Assembly: GCA_009914755.4 (NCBI GenBank)
Contig: CP068257.2
Location: 8,704,001-8,768,000 of the forward strand
From: the human T2T-CHM13v2.0 reference genome, Homo sapiens
DNA: 64,000 nucleotides
Direction of reading: 5' to 3'
Every line of letters starts with the position of its first letter. The first letter of the stretch is position 1. The notes beneath the pieces are model-generated. The model saw only the letters and a list, made by a program, of their open reading frames with translations, was not told where the DNA came from and searched no databases. Both the position numbers and the translations under genes were made by a program. Shown here one piece after another: positions 46,960 to 60,040 of the stretch.

Positions 46960-47125
46960 TTGGTTAATAAGGTGTCATATTATCCAAAGCAATCTGTAAG
47001 TTAACTCAAATCCCTATCAAAATCCCTGTCCCACTTTTTATAGTAATAGAAAATGCAAGCCTACAATGTAGGCTGAATGGCCAAGCCAATCATGAGGAAT
47101 AAAAAAAAAGCTGGGGACATCATAC
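46960..47125 (+). mobile_element. Isolated old-L1 ORF2 fragment ([13 protein letters not shown]...KNKAGGI region); about 85% similar paralogue of 48265-48425
   Basis: ggtgtcatattatccaaagcaatctgtaagttaactcaaatccctatcaaaatccctgtcccactttttatagtaatagaaaatgcaagcctacaatgtaggctgaatggccaagccaatcatgaggaataaaaaaaaagctggggacatcatactc is compared with 48265-48425 gtgccatattatccaaagcaatctgtagattaattcaacttcctatcaaaattcctgtgccactttttacagtaatagaaaataaagtctgcaatgtatgtaaaactataagaaatattgaatggccaaagcaatcatgaggaataaaacaaaatctggggacattatac. Confidence 0.65.
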
Positions 47126-47508
47126 TCGTGACTGACACAAAACAGTTCAAAAGTCACTGTTTGTAGATAACCTGGGGAAAACCTGCTAGGTACTCAGTGG
47201 GAGCCACACTCACCCACACATCTGCTATTAGGCCCAGCATATAGCAGAACCTGCCCTAGTGCCTGCTCCACAAAATAAAGCCCTGAAGACAATCCAGCCT
47301 ACCCGAAAACATGACAGAACTCACAATCACACGTTCTCCTGGTAACAAGCCCATTAAAGGTAAAACCCACTTCAGATTCGGCAGCCACCTTCTGACGCAG
47401 CTACAAGCCTTTTTACTGCAAACCCAGTAAAGATCGCAGCAGCCTCGAGACCCAACAGATGAAGATCTTTACCTACTAAAACCAGTTTATAAAAATGAAA
47501 AGAGGTGT

Positions 47509-47726
47509 CTGGGCACGGTGGCTCACACCTGTAATCCCAGCACTTTGGGAGGCCGAGGTTGGTGGATCACGAGGTCAGGAGTTCAAAACCAGCCTGCTGA
47601 AGCAGAGAATTGCTTGAACCCAGGAGGCGGAGTTTGCAGCGAACCAAGATCGTGCCACAGCACTCCAACCTGGGTGACAGAGCGAGACTCCATCTCAAAA
47701 ACAAAACAACAACAACAACAACAACA
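47509..47726 (+). mobile_element. Alu SINE with an about 95-bp internal deletion (linker and start of the right monomer missing), a (CAA)n tail, and a perfect 16-bp TSD AAATGAAAAGAGGTGT
   Basis: ctgggcacggtggctcacacctgtaatcccagcactttgggaggccgaggttggtggatcacgaggtcaggagttcaaaaccagcctg | ctgaagcagagaattgcttgaacccaggaggcggagtttgcagcgaaccaagatcgtgccacagcactccaacctgggtgacagagcgagactccatctcaaaaacaaaacaacaacaacaacaacaa. The TSD copies are at 47493-47508 and 47727-47742. Confidence 0.88.
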
Positions 47727-50700
47727 AATGAAAAGAGGTGTTTGCTCCTTCAAATGTGCAAACTCCAATGCAAGTCTACATTATGCCCATTCTAACGGTT
47801 CTATTTTAACATAGAACTGGAAGTCCTACTAGAATAATTAAGTCCTATATCAAATAATTAAGCAAGAAAAACTAAAAGATCCAAATTGAAAAGAAGAAAT
47901 AACGTCACTGTCTATAGATGACATAATGTTATATATAAAAAACATAAATAGTACATTTAAATAATGCGTTTAATGCATCTATAAATAAATAGTGCATCTA
48001 ATAAATGCACTCAGAAAAGAAGCAGAATATACAATTAACATACAAATATCAGTTTTGTTTATATATGCTAGCAACAAACCAGTAAAAAAGAAAAAATATC
48101 TCATTTACAATAGCAACCAAATAATAGATTTCTTAGCAATAAATTTAACCAATGTGGTGAAAGATCTTTACAATAAAAAATAAAATATATTGATAAAAAA
48201 TTAAAGAAGATACAAATAAATGTAAATATATTACATGTTTATGGATTAGAAGAATATTGTCTAAGTGCCATATTATCCAAAGCAATCTGTAGATTAATTC
48301 AACTTCCTATCAAAATTCCTGTGCCACTTTTTACAGTAATAGAAAATAAAGTCTGCAATGTATGTAAAACTATAAGAAATATTGAATGGCCAAAGCAATC
48401 ATGAGGAATAAAACAAAATCTGGGGACATTATACTTTATTATTTAAAACTGCATTTCAAGACTACAGTAAACATAATAGAATGGAATGTTTATAGGAACC
48501 AACACAAAAACCAATGGAACAGAATACAGAGCCCAGAAGTAAATCTATGCATCTAAAGTTAATCTTTGACAAGGGCACTATGAATATGCAATACAAAATG
48601 TGTAGCCTTTTCAATACTTAGTGCTGGGAAAACTGGATAGTCACAAGCACAATAAAAAAACTTGATCATATTTCTTACACCAGACACAAAAATTGACTTA
48701 AAATAAAGACTTAAATTTAATACATAAATCCTTAAAAGAAAATCTTTAAAAAAGCATATGAAAAGCCTTCATGATACTGGCCTTGGCAATGTTTTTTTTA
48801 AAATATGATATCAAAAATATAGCAATAAAAGGAGACATAAAGTTGTAGTGCATTAAAGTATTGTGCACAGCAAAAAATAAGAAAACATTTAAGATAGGAT
48901 AAAATATTTGCAAACTATATATGATAAGAGGTTAATATTCAAAATACAGCAGAAACTCATACAAATCAGAAGCTAAACAATAATAATTATAATACCCAAC
49001 TAAAAAATAAGCAAAAGACTAAATTTTTTTTATATTATTATACTTTAATTTTAGGGTACATGTGCACAACGTGCAGGTTTGTTACATATGTATACATGTG
49101 CCATGTTGCTTTGCTGCACCCATTAACTTGTCATTTAGTATTAGGTATATCTCCTAATGCTATCCCTCCCCCCTCCCCCACCCCACAACAGGCCCCGGTG
49201 TCTGATGTTCCCCTTCCTGTGTTCATGTGTTCTCATTGTTCAATTCCCACCTATGAGTGAGAACATGTGGTGTTTGGTTTTTTGTCCTTGCGATAGTTTG
49301 CTGAGAATAATGGTTTCCGGGTTCATCCATGTCCCTACAAAGGACATGAACTCATCTTTTTTATGGCTGCATAGTATTCCATGGTGTATATGTGCCACAT
49401 TTTCTTAATTCAGTCTATCATTGTTGGACATTTGGGTTGGTTCCAGGTCTTTACTATTGCGAATAGTGCCGCAATAAACATATGTGTGCATGTGTCTTTA
49501 TAGCAGCATGATTTATAGTCCTTTGGGTATATACCCAGTAATAGGATGGCTGGGTCAAATGGTATTTCTAGTTCTAGATCCCTGAGGGATCACCACACTG
49601 ACTTCCACAATGGTTGAACTAGTTTACAGTCCCACCAACAGTGTAAAAGTGTTCCTATTTCTTCACATCCTCTCCAGCACATGTTGTTTCCTGACTTTTT
49701 AATGATTGCCATTCTAAGTGGTGTGAGATGGTATCTCATTGTGGTTTTGATTTGCATTTCTCTGATGGCCAGAAATCGTGAGCTTTTTTCATGTGTTTTT
49801 TGGCTGCATAAATGTCTTCTTTTGAGAAGTGTCTGTTCATATCCTTTGCCCACTTGTTGATGGGGTTGTTTGTTTTTTTCTTGTAAATTTGTTTGAGCTC
49901 ATTGTAGATTCTGGATATTAGCCCTTTGTCAGATGAGTAGGTTGCGAAAATTTTCTCCCATTCTTTATGTTGCCTGTTCACTCTGATTGTGGTTTCTTTT
50001 GCTGTGCAGAAGCTCTTTAGTTTAATTAGATCCCATTTGTCAATGTTGGCCTTTGTTGCCATTGCTTTTGGTGCTTTAGGCATGAAGTCCTTGCCCATGC
50101 CTATGTCTTGAATGGTATTGCCTAGATTTTCTTCTAGTGTTTTTATGGTTTTAGGTCTAACATGTAAGTCTTTAATCCATCGTGAATTAATTTTTGTATA
50201 ATGTGTAAGGAAGGGATCCACTTTCAGCTTTCTACATATGGCTAGCCAGTTTTCCCAGCACCATTTATTAAATAGGGAATCCTTTCCCCATTGATTGTTT
50301 TTGTCATGTTTGTCAAAGATCAGATAGTTTTATATATGTGGCATTATTTCTGAGGGCTCTATTCTGTTCCATTGGTCTATATCTCTGTTTTGGTACCAGC
50401 ACCATGCTGTTTTGGTTACTGTAGCCTTGTAGTATACTTTGACATCAGGTAGCGTGATGCCTCCAGCTTTGTTCTTTTGGCTTAGTATTGACTTGGCAAT
50501 GCAGGCTCTTTTTTGGTTCCATATGAACTTTAAAGTGTTTTTTTTCCAATTCGTGAAGAAAGTCATTGGTAGCTTAATGGGGATGACATTGAATCTATAA
50601 ATTACCTTGGGCAATATGGTAATTTTCACAACATTGATTCTTCCTACCCACGAGCATGGAATGTTCTTCCATTTGTTTGTATCCTCTTTTATTTCATTGA

Positions 50701-51248
50701 GCAGTGGTTTGTAGTTCTCCTTGAAGAGGTTCTTCTCATCCCTTGTAAGTTGGATTCCTAAGTATTTTTTTTCTCTTTGAAGCAATTGTGAATGGGAGTT
50801 CACTCAAGATTTGGCTCTCTGTCTGTTATTGGTGTATAAGAATGCTTGTGATTTTTGCACATCGACTTTGTATCCTGATACTTTGCTGAAGCTGCTTATC
50901 AGCTTAAGGAGATTTTTGGCTGAGACAATGGGATTTTCTAGATATACAATCATGTCATCTGCAAACAGGGACAATATGACTTCTGCTTTTCCTAATTGAA
51001 TGCCTTTTATTCCCTTCTCTTGCCTGATTGCCTTGGCCAGAACTTCCAACACTATGTTGAATAAGAGTGGTGAGAGAGGGCATCCCTGTCTTGTGCCACT
51101 TTTCAAAGGGAATCCTTCCAGTTTTTGTCCATTCAGTATGATAGTGGCTGTGGGTTTGTCATACATAGCTCTTATTATTTTGAGATACATCCCATCAATA
51201 CCTAATTTATTGAGAGGTTTTAGCATGAAGTGTTGTTGAATTTTGTCA

Positions 51249-51674
<426 letters not shown>

Positions 51675-52140
51675 TTAATTATCACCTCAATTTCAGAGCC
51701 TGTTATTGGTTTATTCAGAGATTCAACTTCTTCCTGGTTTAGTCTTGGGATGTTGTATGTGTTGAGGAATTTATCCATTTCTTCTAGATTTTCTCGTTTA
51801 TTTACGTAGAGGTGTATTATTCTCTGATGGTAGTTTGTATTTCTGTGGGATCAGTGGTGATATCCCCTTTGCCATTTCTTATTGCATCTATTTGATTCTT
51901 CTCTCTTTTATTCTTTATTAGTCTTGCTAGTGGTCTATCAATTTTGTTGATCTTTGCAAAAAACCAGCTTCTGGATTCATTGATTTTTGAAGGGATTTTT
52001 GTGGCTCTATTTCCTTCAGTTCTGCTCTGATCTTAGTTATTTCTTGCCTTCTACTAGCTTTTGAATGTGTTTGCTCTTGCTTCTCTATTTAATTGTGATG
52101 TTAGGGTGTCAATTTTGGATCTTTCCTGCTTTCTCTTCTA

Positions 52141-52269
<129 letters not shown>

Positions 52270-52333
52270 CTAGTAGTCATTCAGGAGCAGGTTGTTCAGT
52301 TTCCATGTAGTTGAGCAGTTTTGAGTGAGTTTC

Positions 52334-52939
52334 TTAATCCTGAGTTCTAGGTTGATTGCACTGTGGTCTGAGAGAGTTTGTTATGATTTCTGTTCTTTTA
52401 CATTTGCTGAGGAGTGCTTTACTTCCAACTATGTGGTCATCTTTGGAATACGTGTGGTGTGGTGCTGAAAAGAATGTATATTCTGTTGATTGGGGATGGA
52501 GATTTCTGTAGATGCCTATTAGGTCCACTTGGTGCAGAGCTGAGTTCAATTCTTGGATATCCTTGTTAACATTCTGTCTTTTTGATCTGTCTAATGTTGA
52601 CAGTGTGGTGTTAAAGTCTCTGATTATTATTGTGTGGTGTTCTAAGTCTCTTTGTAGGTCACTAAGGACTTGCTTTATGAATCTGAGTGCTCCTGTATTG
52701 GATGCGTATATATTTACGATTGCTGGTTCTTCTTGTTGAATTGATCCCTTTACCATTATGTAATGGCCTTCTTTGTCTCTTTTGATCTTTGTTGGTTTAA
52801 AGTCTGTTTTATCAGAGACTAGGATTGCAACCCCTGCCTTTCTTTGTTTTCCATTTGCTTGGTAGATGTTCTTCCATCCCTTTATGTTGAGCCTGTGTGT
52901 GTCTCTGCATGTGAGATGGGTTTCCTGAATACAGCACAC
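52334..52939 (-). pseudogene. L1 ORF2 endonuclease-domain remnant (201 aa, N-terminally truncated)
   Basis: MCCIQETHLTCRDTHRLNIKGWKNIYQANGKQRKAGVAILVSDKTDFKPTKIKRDKEGHYIMVKGSIQQEEPAIVNIYASNTGALRFIKQVLSDLQRDLEHHTIIIRDFNTTLSTLDRSKRQNVNKDIQELNSALHQVDLIGIYRNLHPQSTEYTFFSAPHHTYSKDDHI... is colinear with the L1 ORF2p APE-like endonuclease. It lacks the MTGSNSHITILTLN.. start and terminates early. Confidence 0.85.
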
Positions 52940-53143
52940 AGATAAGTCTTGACTCTTTATCCAATTTGCCAGTCTGTGCCTTTTAATTCGAGCATTTAGC
53001 CCATTTACATTTAAGGTTATTATTGCTAAGTGTGAATTTGTTCCTGTCAGTATGATGTTAACTGATTATTTTGCTCATTAGTTGATGCAGTTTCTTCCTA
53101 GCCTCGATGGCCTTTACAATTTGGTGTGTTTTTGCAGTGGCTG

Positions 53144-53611
53144 CTACCAGTTGTTCCTTTCCATGTTTAGTGCTTCCTTCAGGAGCTCTTTTAGGGCAGG
53201 CCTGGTGGTGACAAAATATCTCAGCATTTCCTTGTCCGTAAAGGATTTTATTTCTCCTTCACTTATGAAGCTTAGTTTGGCAGGATATGAAATTCTGGGT
53301 TGAAAATTCTTTACTTTAAGAATGTTGAATATTGGTCCCCACTCTCTTCTGGCTTGTAGAGTTTCTGCTGAGAAATCAGCTGTTAGTCTGATGGGCTTCC
53401 CTTTGTGGGTAACCTGACCTTTCTCTCTGGCTGCCCTTAACATCTTTTCCTTCATTTCAACTTTCGTGAATCTGACAATGATGTGTCTTGGAGTTGCTCT
53501 TCTCGAGGAGTATCTTTGTGGTATTCTCTGTATTTCCTGAATTTGAATGTTGGCCTGCCTTGCTAGATTGTGGAAGTTCTCCTGGATAATATCCCGCTGA
53601 CTGTTTTCCAA
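53144..53611 (-). pseudogene. L1 ORF1 remnant (C-terminal 155 aa)
   Basis: ..QENFHNLARQANIQIQEIQRIPQRYSSRRATPRHIIVRFTKVEMKEKMLRAAREKGQVTHKGKPIRLTADFSAETLQARREWGPIFNILKVKNFQPRISYPAKLSFISEGEIKSFTDKEMLRYFVTTRPALKELLKEALNMERNNW. The N-terminal coiled-coil part is in other frames (53681-53944, 53922-54122). Confidence 0.85.
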
Positions 53612-56074
53612 CTTGGTTCCATTCTCCCTGTCACTTTCAGGTACACCAATGCGACATAGATTTGGTCTTTTAACATAGTTCTATATTTCTTGGAGGCTTT
53701 GTTCATTTCCTTTTATTCTTTTTTCTGTAAACTTCTCTTCATGTTTCATTTCATTCATTCCATCTTCCATTGCTGATACCGTTTCTTCCAGTAGATCACA
53801 TCGGTTAATGAGGCTTGTGCATTCGTCAGGTAGTTCTTGTGTCATGGTTTTCAGCTCCATCAGGTACTTTAAGGACTTCTCTGCATTGGTTATTCTAGTT
53901 ATCCATTCGTCTAATTTTATTTCAGTTTTTAACTTCTTTGACATTGGTTTGAACTTCCTCCTTTAGCTCAGAGTTGTTTGATCTTCTGAACCTTTCCTCT
54001 CTCAACTCGTCATTCTCCATCCAGCTTTGTTCCGTTGCTGGTGAGGAGCTGTGTTCCTTTGGAGGAGGAGAAGTGCTATGATTTTTAGAGTTTCCAGTTT
54101 TTCTGCTCTGTTTTTTCCCCATCTTTGTGGTTTTATCTACTTTTGGTCTTTGATGATGGTGACGTACAGATGGGTTTTGGTGTGGATGTCCTTTCTGTTT
54201 GTTAGTTTTCCTTCTAACAGTCAGGACCCTCAGCTGCTGGTCTGTTGGAGTTTACTGGAGTTCCACTCCAGACCCTGTTTGCCTGGGTATCAGCAGCGGT
54301 GGCTGCAGAATAGCGGATATTGGTGAACTGCAAATGCTGCTGCCTGATGGTTCCTCTGGAAGTTTTGTCTCAGAGGAGTACCCGGCCATGTGAGGTGTCA
54401 GTCCACCGCTACTGGGGGGTGCCTCCCAGTTAGGCTACTCGGGGGTCAGGGACCCACTTGAGGAGGCAGCCTGCCCATTCTCTGATCTCAAGCTGTGTAC
54501 TGGGAGAACCACTACTCTCTTCAAATCTGTGGGACAGGGAGAATTATGTCTGCAGAGGTTATTGCTGTCTTTTGTTTGTCTGTGCCCTGCCCCCAGAGGT
54601 GGAGCCTACAGAGACAGGCAGGCCTCCTTGAGCTGTGGTGGACTCCACCCAGTTCGACCTTCCTGGCTGCTTTGTTTACCTACTCAAGCCTGAGCAATGG
54701 TGGGAGCCCCACCCCCAGCCTCACTGTCACCTTGCAGTTTGATCTCAGACTGCTGTGCTAGCAATGAGCAAGGCTCCATGGGTGTGGGACCCTCCGAGCC
54801 AGGTGCAGGATATAATCTCCTGGTGTGCTGTTTGTGAAGCTGGTTGTAAAAGTGCAGTATTAGGGTGAGAGTGACCCGATTTTCCAGGCGCCATCTGTCA
54901 CCCCTTTCTTTGACTAGGAAAGGGAATTCCCTGACCCCTTGTGCTTCCCAGGTGAGGTGATGCCTCACCCTGCTTCGGCTCATGCGTGGTGTGCTGTTCC
55001 CACTGTCCTGCACCCACTGACCAGCACTCCCCAGTGAGATGAGACTGGTACCTTAGTTGGTAATGCAGAAATCACCCATCTTCTGTGTCACTCACGCTGG
55101 GAGCTGTAGACTGGAGCTGTTCCTATTCGGCCCTCTTGGCTCCACTGACCAAGACTAAATATTTTATACAAACATATTCAAATGGCCAACAGATATGTAG
55201 AAAGATGCTAAACATTACCATTCATGAGAAAATTGCAAATCAAAAGATACCACTTTACAGCAGTGGAATGATTAATATCAAAAAAAGAAACATAACAAGT
55301 TTTAACAAGGATGTGACAAAATATTTCTGTACAGTTTTAATGAGTTGCAGACTGGAAGAGTCATGAAAATTAGTACGCAGTTTATTTTAAAAAATAGACT
55401 ATCGTACAATCCTGAAATTTCACTTCTGTAAATAAACAAAATAAAATCAGCATCTCAAAAATTATCTGCACTCCTGTATTCAATGCAGCATTATTCACAA
55501 CTGTCAAGGATATTTTTTTTAAATGACTTATCTGTAGATGCTGAATGGATAAGGAAAATGTGGTATAAATCGACAACCGAATATTATTCACCCATAAAAA
55601 AGAATGAAATTCTGCTATTTCAACAACATGAATGGACCTGGGTACATTATGCTACGCAAAATAAGCCAGGCACAGAAAGACAAACACTGTGTGTTTGCAC
55701 TTAAATGGAGAATTTAAAAAGCCTGAACTTATAGAAGCAGAGTGTACAATGGTAATGACCAGGCCTGGAGGTAGAAAAAATGAGAAGGTGTTCAAAGAGT
55801 ACAAACTTTCAGTTATAAGATAAATAAGTTTTGGGGGTCTAATGTACAGCCTTAAGATGTAGTTAATAACAGTGTTTTGTATGCTTAAAATTTGCTACAA
55901 CAGTAGGAGACCTCAAATGCTCTCACTACAAAAAACATAACCATGTGAGGTGACAAAAATGTTCATCAACTTAATTGTATTAAACATTTTACAATATATA
56001 TCAAATTTTTATAATGTACACAATACATAATTATGCAATTTTTATTGGTCAAAAATTAATGTTATGTACACATG

Positions 56075-56212
56075 CATATATTCATATAAGTGTGTATATA
56101 GACATATATAAAACATATACATATATATCAATTACATATGTTGTTATGTATATAATTGTGTGTGTGTATATATATATATATATACACATATATACACACA
56201 CATACATATCAA
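56075..56212. repeat. (TA)n/(CA)n-rich simple repeat
   Basis: catatattcatataagtgtgtatatagacatatataaaacatatacatatatatcaattacatatgttgttatgtatataattgtgtgtgtgtatatatatatatatacacatatatacacacacatacatatc. Confidence 0.9.
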
Positions 56213-57344
56213 TGACAAAATCCTAGTAAGCTTCAAACTAAACAAGGCAAAATTATAAAATGATAACTATTTAAAAATCAGGAAACAAATGGGTATTTAA
56301 TACATGCTCAGCTATATTTTGAGTTCCTCAATGGCAAAGTACATGTTTTAAATGTAGAAAGTAGATACATTAAACCATATTACAGTTTAGGAATTATGGC
56401 ACAGAGTGTTTACAGTATTAGCCTCAATACATACCAAAAGCTTAAAATTTTGAAGTAAAATAACATTTGGTTTCATTATATGGGGCAGATGCTTAGTATT
56501 CTGATAAAATTATTGAGTATGAATTTCTGTAGAATCACTTTTGAAACCTTCACAAGATATGAAATTATAAAGCAGAAAACTTACGACATCTGGATGTGGT
56601 GTTTCTGTGATTTCTAAACCAAATCCCAATATCTCCACTACTCTCACACATTTTAGACAAGACTCAAAATGGAAATTAGAAAATGTTTATCATAGATTTC
56701 CTTAAAAATCACAGACAGCTCCATGTCCTCAAAAGCAAAAAAAAGAGCAAGCAGCCATGTCCTCCAGTCCCTTGTAAGCCATGCAAAGGGCTTTGATTTT
56801 CTTTGTAACCTAGAAGAATGATCGTTGAAGGGGAAGTTAAGTCCTAGAAAATTGAAGAGCATGGGGCAGAGGATGTCAGTCTCTAATGAAAGCAAGAGAA
56901 ATAAATCAGGGCTTCTCAGAACAGATTTCCATTGAAGCATAGCTTCGCAAACCACACTTTAAGATCTAGCTTTCTCCTTGACCTTTGGACATCTCATCTC
57001 TGTCATCTGCCTTATTCACTCCCACCTATTTGGGTGTTTGGCTACTATCCCCTGTCTCCTCACACTCTGGGGCTTTTTCTTTTACTCAGTGTAGGTGATC
57101 AGGTTTAGCTTAGAGAACAGCCAAGGACTCTGTATTAGAAAAAGTAATATGACTTATGCTGTGATTTTCCAATTACTACTTAGTATTCTGCTCGGTGGAA
57201 AAAAACAGAACATTACAAAAGAGTCTAAAAATGTAATACCAAATACTATTTCCACACACAAACGTTATGATATTTAAAAACTTTTCTATATTTGTGGATC
57301 CTTAGCTCCATAACCCAGTGCTGCTGAATCAAAACTTGGTGGTG

Positions 57345-57465
57345 GTTGCCTGGGCCTGGTGACTCACACCGCCTATCACAGCACTTGGAGAGGCCAAGGC
57401 AGGCAAATAACTTAAGCCCAGGAGTTTGAGGCCAGCCTTGGAAACTTCACGAGACCTAGTCTACG
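57345..57465 (+). mobile_element. Alu-monomer-like (FLAM) fragment
   Basis: ggcctggtgactcacaccgcctatcacagcacttggagaggccaaggcaggcaaataacttaagcccaggagtttgaggccagccttggaaacttcacgagacctagtctac. Confidence 0.55.
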
Positions 57466-58499
57466 GGTTGAGGGTGGGGAGGAGGGGGAAAGGTGGTGGT
57501 AATGGGAGGTGGTAATGCGATTATAAGGTGTGGGCAACCATATTTTGTGCCTCTAAATTTGTGGAGTTACCACTAATCTAAAATTAAGGATACAGATCAG
57601 CTGAAGAAAGAAAAAGATTTATGTCGAGATGAAACCTCCTCGTGAGGGTCTGCAGCTGCAATACCGCCAGGTGTCAGCATCCCACCTCTTTCGCCTGGCT
57701 GCAGCCCCACCAGGAGCCCGGCTCCAGCCGGGGCACTGCAGCAGGTACTAGACCTGGAAGGCGCAGGCGCGGGTTTCCTGCCCTCCGGGGTGTCTTCCCT
57801 CTCCCGGGACCCCAGGCAATTCAATTCATTCATCAAGCGCCGCTGCAACCATCCAAGTTGGGGCAGCAGTTCCCACAGTCGCCAGCCAAGATCTCCGCTC
57901 CAGAACCCGTGGGCTGCTTTCCCGGGGGAAGGACATTGTCTTCGGCAGCCACGAAGAAATCCGTCCCTGTGCACCCTGTTTCCCATTGTCACCAACGTCG
58001 TGTAAACTCTAGTCCTGAGGACACGAGAGAGACCCAGACCTGGCTCCGTGGACAGGCTCGGTGCCACGGCTTCCACCAGATGGACGGGTGCACTCTACAA
58101 ATCTCGGGGCCCACCGCACCAAGGAGACAGAAAGAAGCAAACAAAGGAAGGACCCTATGAAACGCACCCCCAAAGCAACCAACCAATACAAGAAAAAAAA
58201 AACACGTCTCAGGTCTCCGTTGATTTTCCCGCATGGCTGGCCCTGACCCCCTGTTCTAGCCTGGCCCAAGCACCCTCCACCTCACCCCGACCTGCTCAAA
58301 GTGCCCTGTCTACCTGAGCAGAGGCTCCCTCTCCAAGGCTCTGTCTCTCTCGCTCTACAACTCCCTCACCCTCTCCCTTTCTCTACTTCCCCCTCCAACT
58401 CTCGCTCTTCTGTCACCTTCTGTCTCTCTCCCCCTCCACTTTTCTCTCTCTCCCCCCATTTGTATCTCTCCATCCCGGTCTCCCTAGCTCTCTTTCAAG

Positions 58500-58700
58500 C
58501 TGTGTCTGTGTCTTTGTCTATATGTCCTTGTGTGTGTCCGTGTGTGTCTGTGTGCTTGTATCCTTGTGTCCGTGTGTGTGTCTTTGTGTGTCCGTGTGTG
58601 TGTGTCCGTGTGTGTGTGTCCGTGTGTGTGTGTGTCTGTGTGTGTGTCCATGTGTTCCTGTGTGCATGCACCCGTGTGTACCTGTGTGTGTGTCGGGGTG
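58500..58700. repeat. GT-rich imperfect microsatellite, (TGTGTGTCCG)n-like, inside the CpG island
   Basis: tgtgtctgtgtctttgtctatatgtccttgtgtgtgtccgtgtgtgtctgtgtgcttgtatccttgtgtccgtgtgtgtgtctttgtgtgtccgtgtgtgtgtgtccgtgtgtgtgtgtccgtgtgtgtgtgtgtctgtgtgtgtgtccatgtgttcctgtgtgcatgcacccgtgtgtacctgtgtgtgtgtcggggtg. The ORFs 58301-59071, 58522-58716 and 58530-58781 on +, and 58518-58979 on -, are artefacts of this repeat. Confidence 0.9.
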
Positions 58701-59734
58701 GGTTTGCTCGTGGTAGTGGTGGGGTGTGTCTGTGTGTCCCTCAGCCCCTCTTTCCCGGGGATCAGGCTGCCAGGGCTCTAGTGCCAGCGCGTGGCAAAGA
58801 AGGGCCTTCCTGTCCCGTTGGCCACGGGCAGGTCCTCGTCGGGACAAGCGACGATGGTGTGGACCTTGTGAGAAAAAGGGCCCGCAGGCCTGGGCTGGCT
58901 GTTCGCCCCTGGGCAGCCCTGACAGCTCTGGGTGTGTGGGCCAAGAGGGGGCCTTGCAGGAGGGGTGCGAGGGATTCAAAACAATTTTTTCCGCTGCAAG
59001 GCGGAAGACCAGAGGGGATCCCAGGACTGTGGGCCCCAGGCCCTGACGCCTCCGAGCACACCCTGTCCTGAGCAGGCCAGATGTGTTGGAAACTCAGGAG
59101 CTCGCAAGCCGGGGGAAGGCCTGGAGTGTCAGCGAAAGGGAGGCCGCCTGGTGGGCCTTGAGCCTGGGCAGGGGACTGAGGCATCACGGCCTGACGAAGG
59201 ATTCCTGTTTCCTGCAACATGGGGAGTCTCCAAAATGGCCTGTTTGGAAACGAAAGGAGAGCGAAGACACGATGCTGCTTTTCCACGCTTCGCTGGAGGT
59301 TTCTGTGCCCCACAGAGCTCGGGAAACAAACAGTCAACATGGTCACGCTTTCGGGGGCCAGAGACACGTGAGCAGCAGGCCCACTTGCAGAGGGCAAAGG
59401 AACGTGGAATCCGGAATCATGGTTCACTCGGCTTGAGTGTGACTCCTGTGTGGATGGGAGTATCTGCCTCGCACTCTGTTGCAGGCTCAGCGTGGGGATA
59501 TGTCATCTGTGAACCATGTGGATGAAAAACGGACAACCATTCGAGTCTCGGCTCTGTTCTTTGGGGAATTCCTCTGAATCTCTCCCGGATGAAGTAACCC
59601 AGGCTGGCGATCCAGAGGGCCGGTGAGCACACCGCTGGCCGAGGCGGCTGTGGGCTGAGCACTCAGCCTGCACTGGGCACCCAACATTTTCCCGGAGTTC
59701 GAGGTCCTGCTGGGCCTGGAGGCAGAAGACCGCT

Positions 59735-60040
59735 TTTCTCTTTGCCTTCCCTTCTCTGTTTCTTGCTCCTTTTCTCCCTCTGTCCATCCTTCCCTCTCTT
59801 CTTCCTTCTCTCCCTCCCTGTCTCCCTCCCTCCCTCTGTTCTTCTCTCCTTCCCTCTCTCCCACCATCCATACCTCCCTTTCTCCCTCCTTCCCTCCCTC
59901 CCTTCCTCTCTTTTTCTTTCCCTCCCTCCCTCCCTGCATCCCTTCCAAGGTCCGTCCCTTCATCCGTCTTTTCCTCCCTCTGTCCCTCTCTCTCACTTTG
60001 TCTCCGTTCCTTTCCCCATCTCTGCCTGGCTTCCCTCCCA
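59735..60040. repeat. Polypyrimidine (CTCCCT/TCCC)n low-complexity tract inside the CpG island
   Basis: cttcccttctctgtttcttgctccttttctccctctgtccatccttccctctcttcttccttctctccctccctgtctccctccctccctctgttcttctctccttccctctctcccaccatccatacctccctttctccctccttccctccctcccttcctctctttttctttccctccctccctccctgcatcccttcc.... The ORFs 59742-60071 on +, and 59487-60041 and 59503-60135 on -, are artefacts of this tract. Confidence 0.9.
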
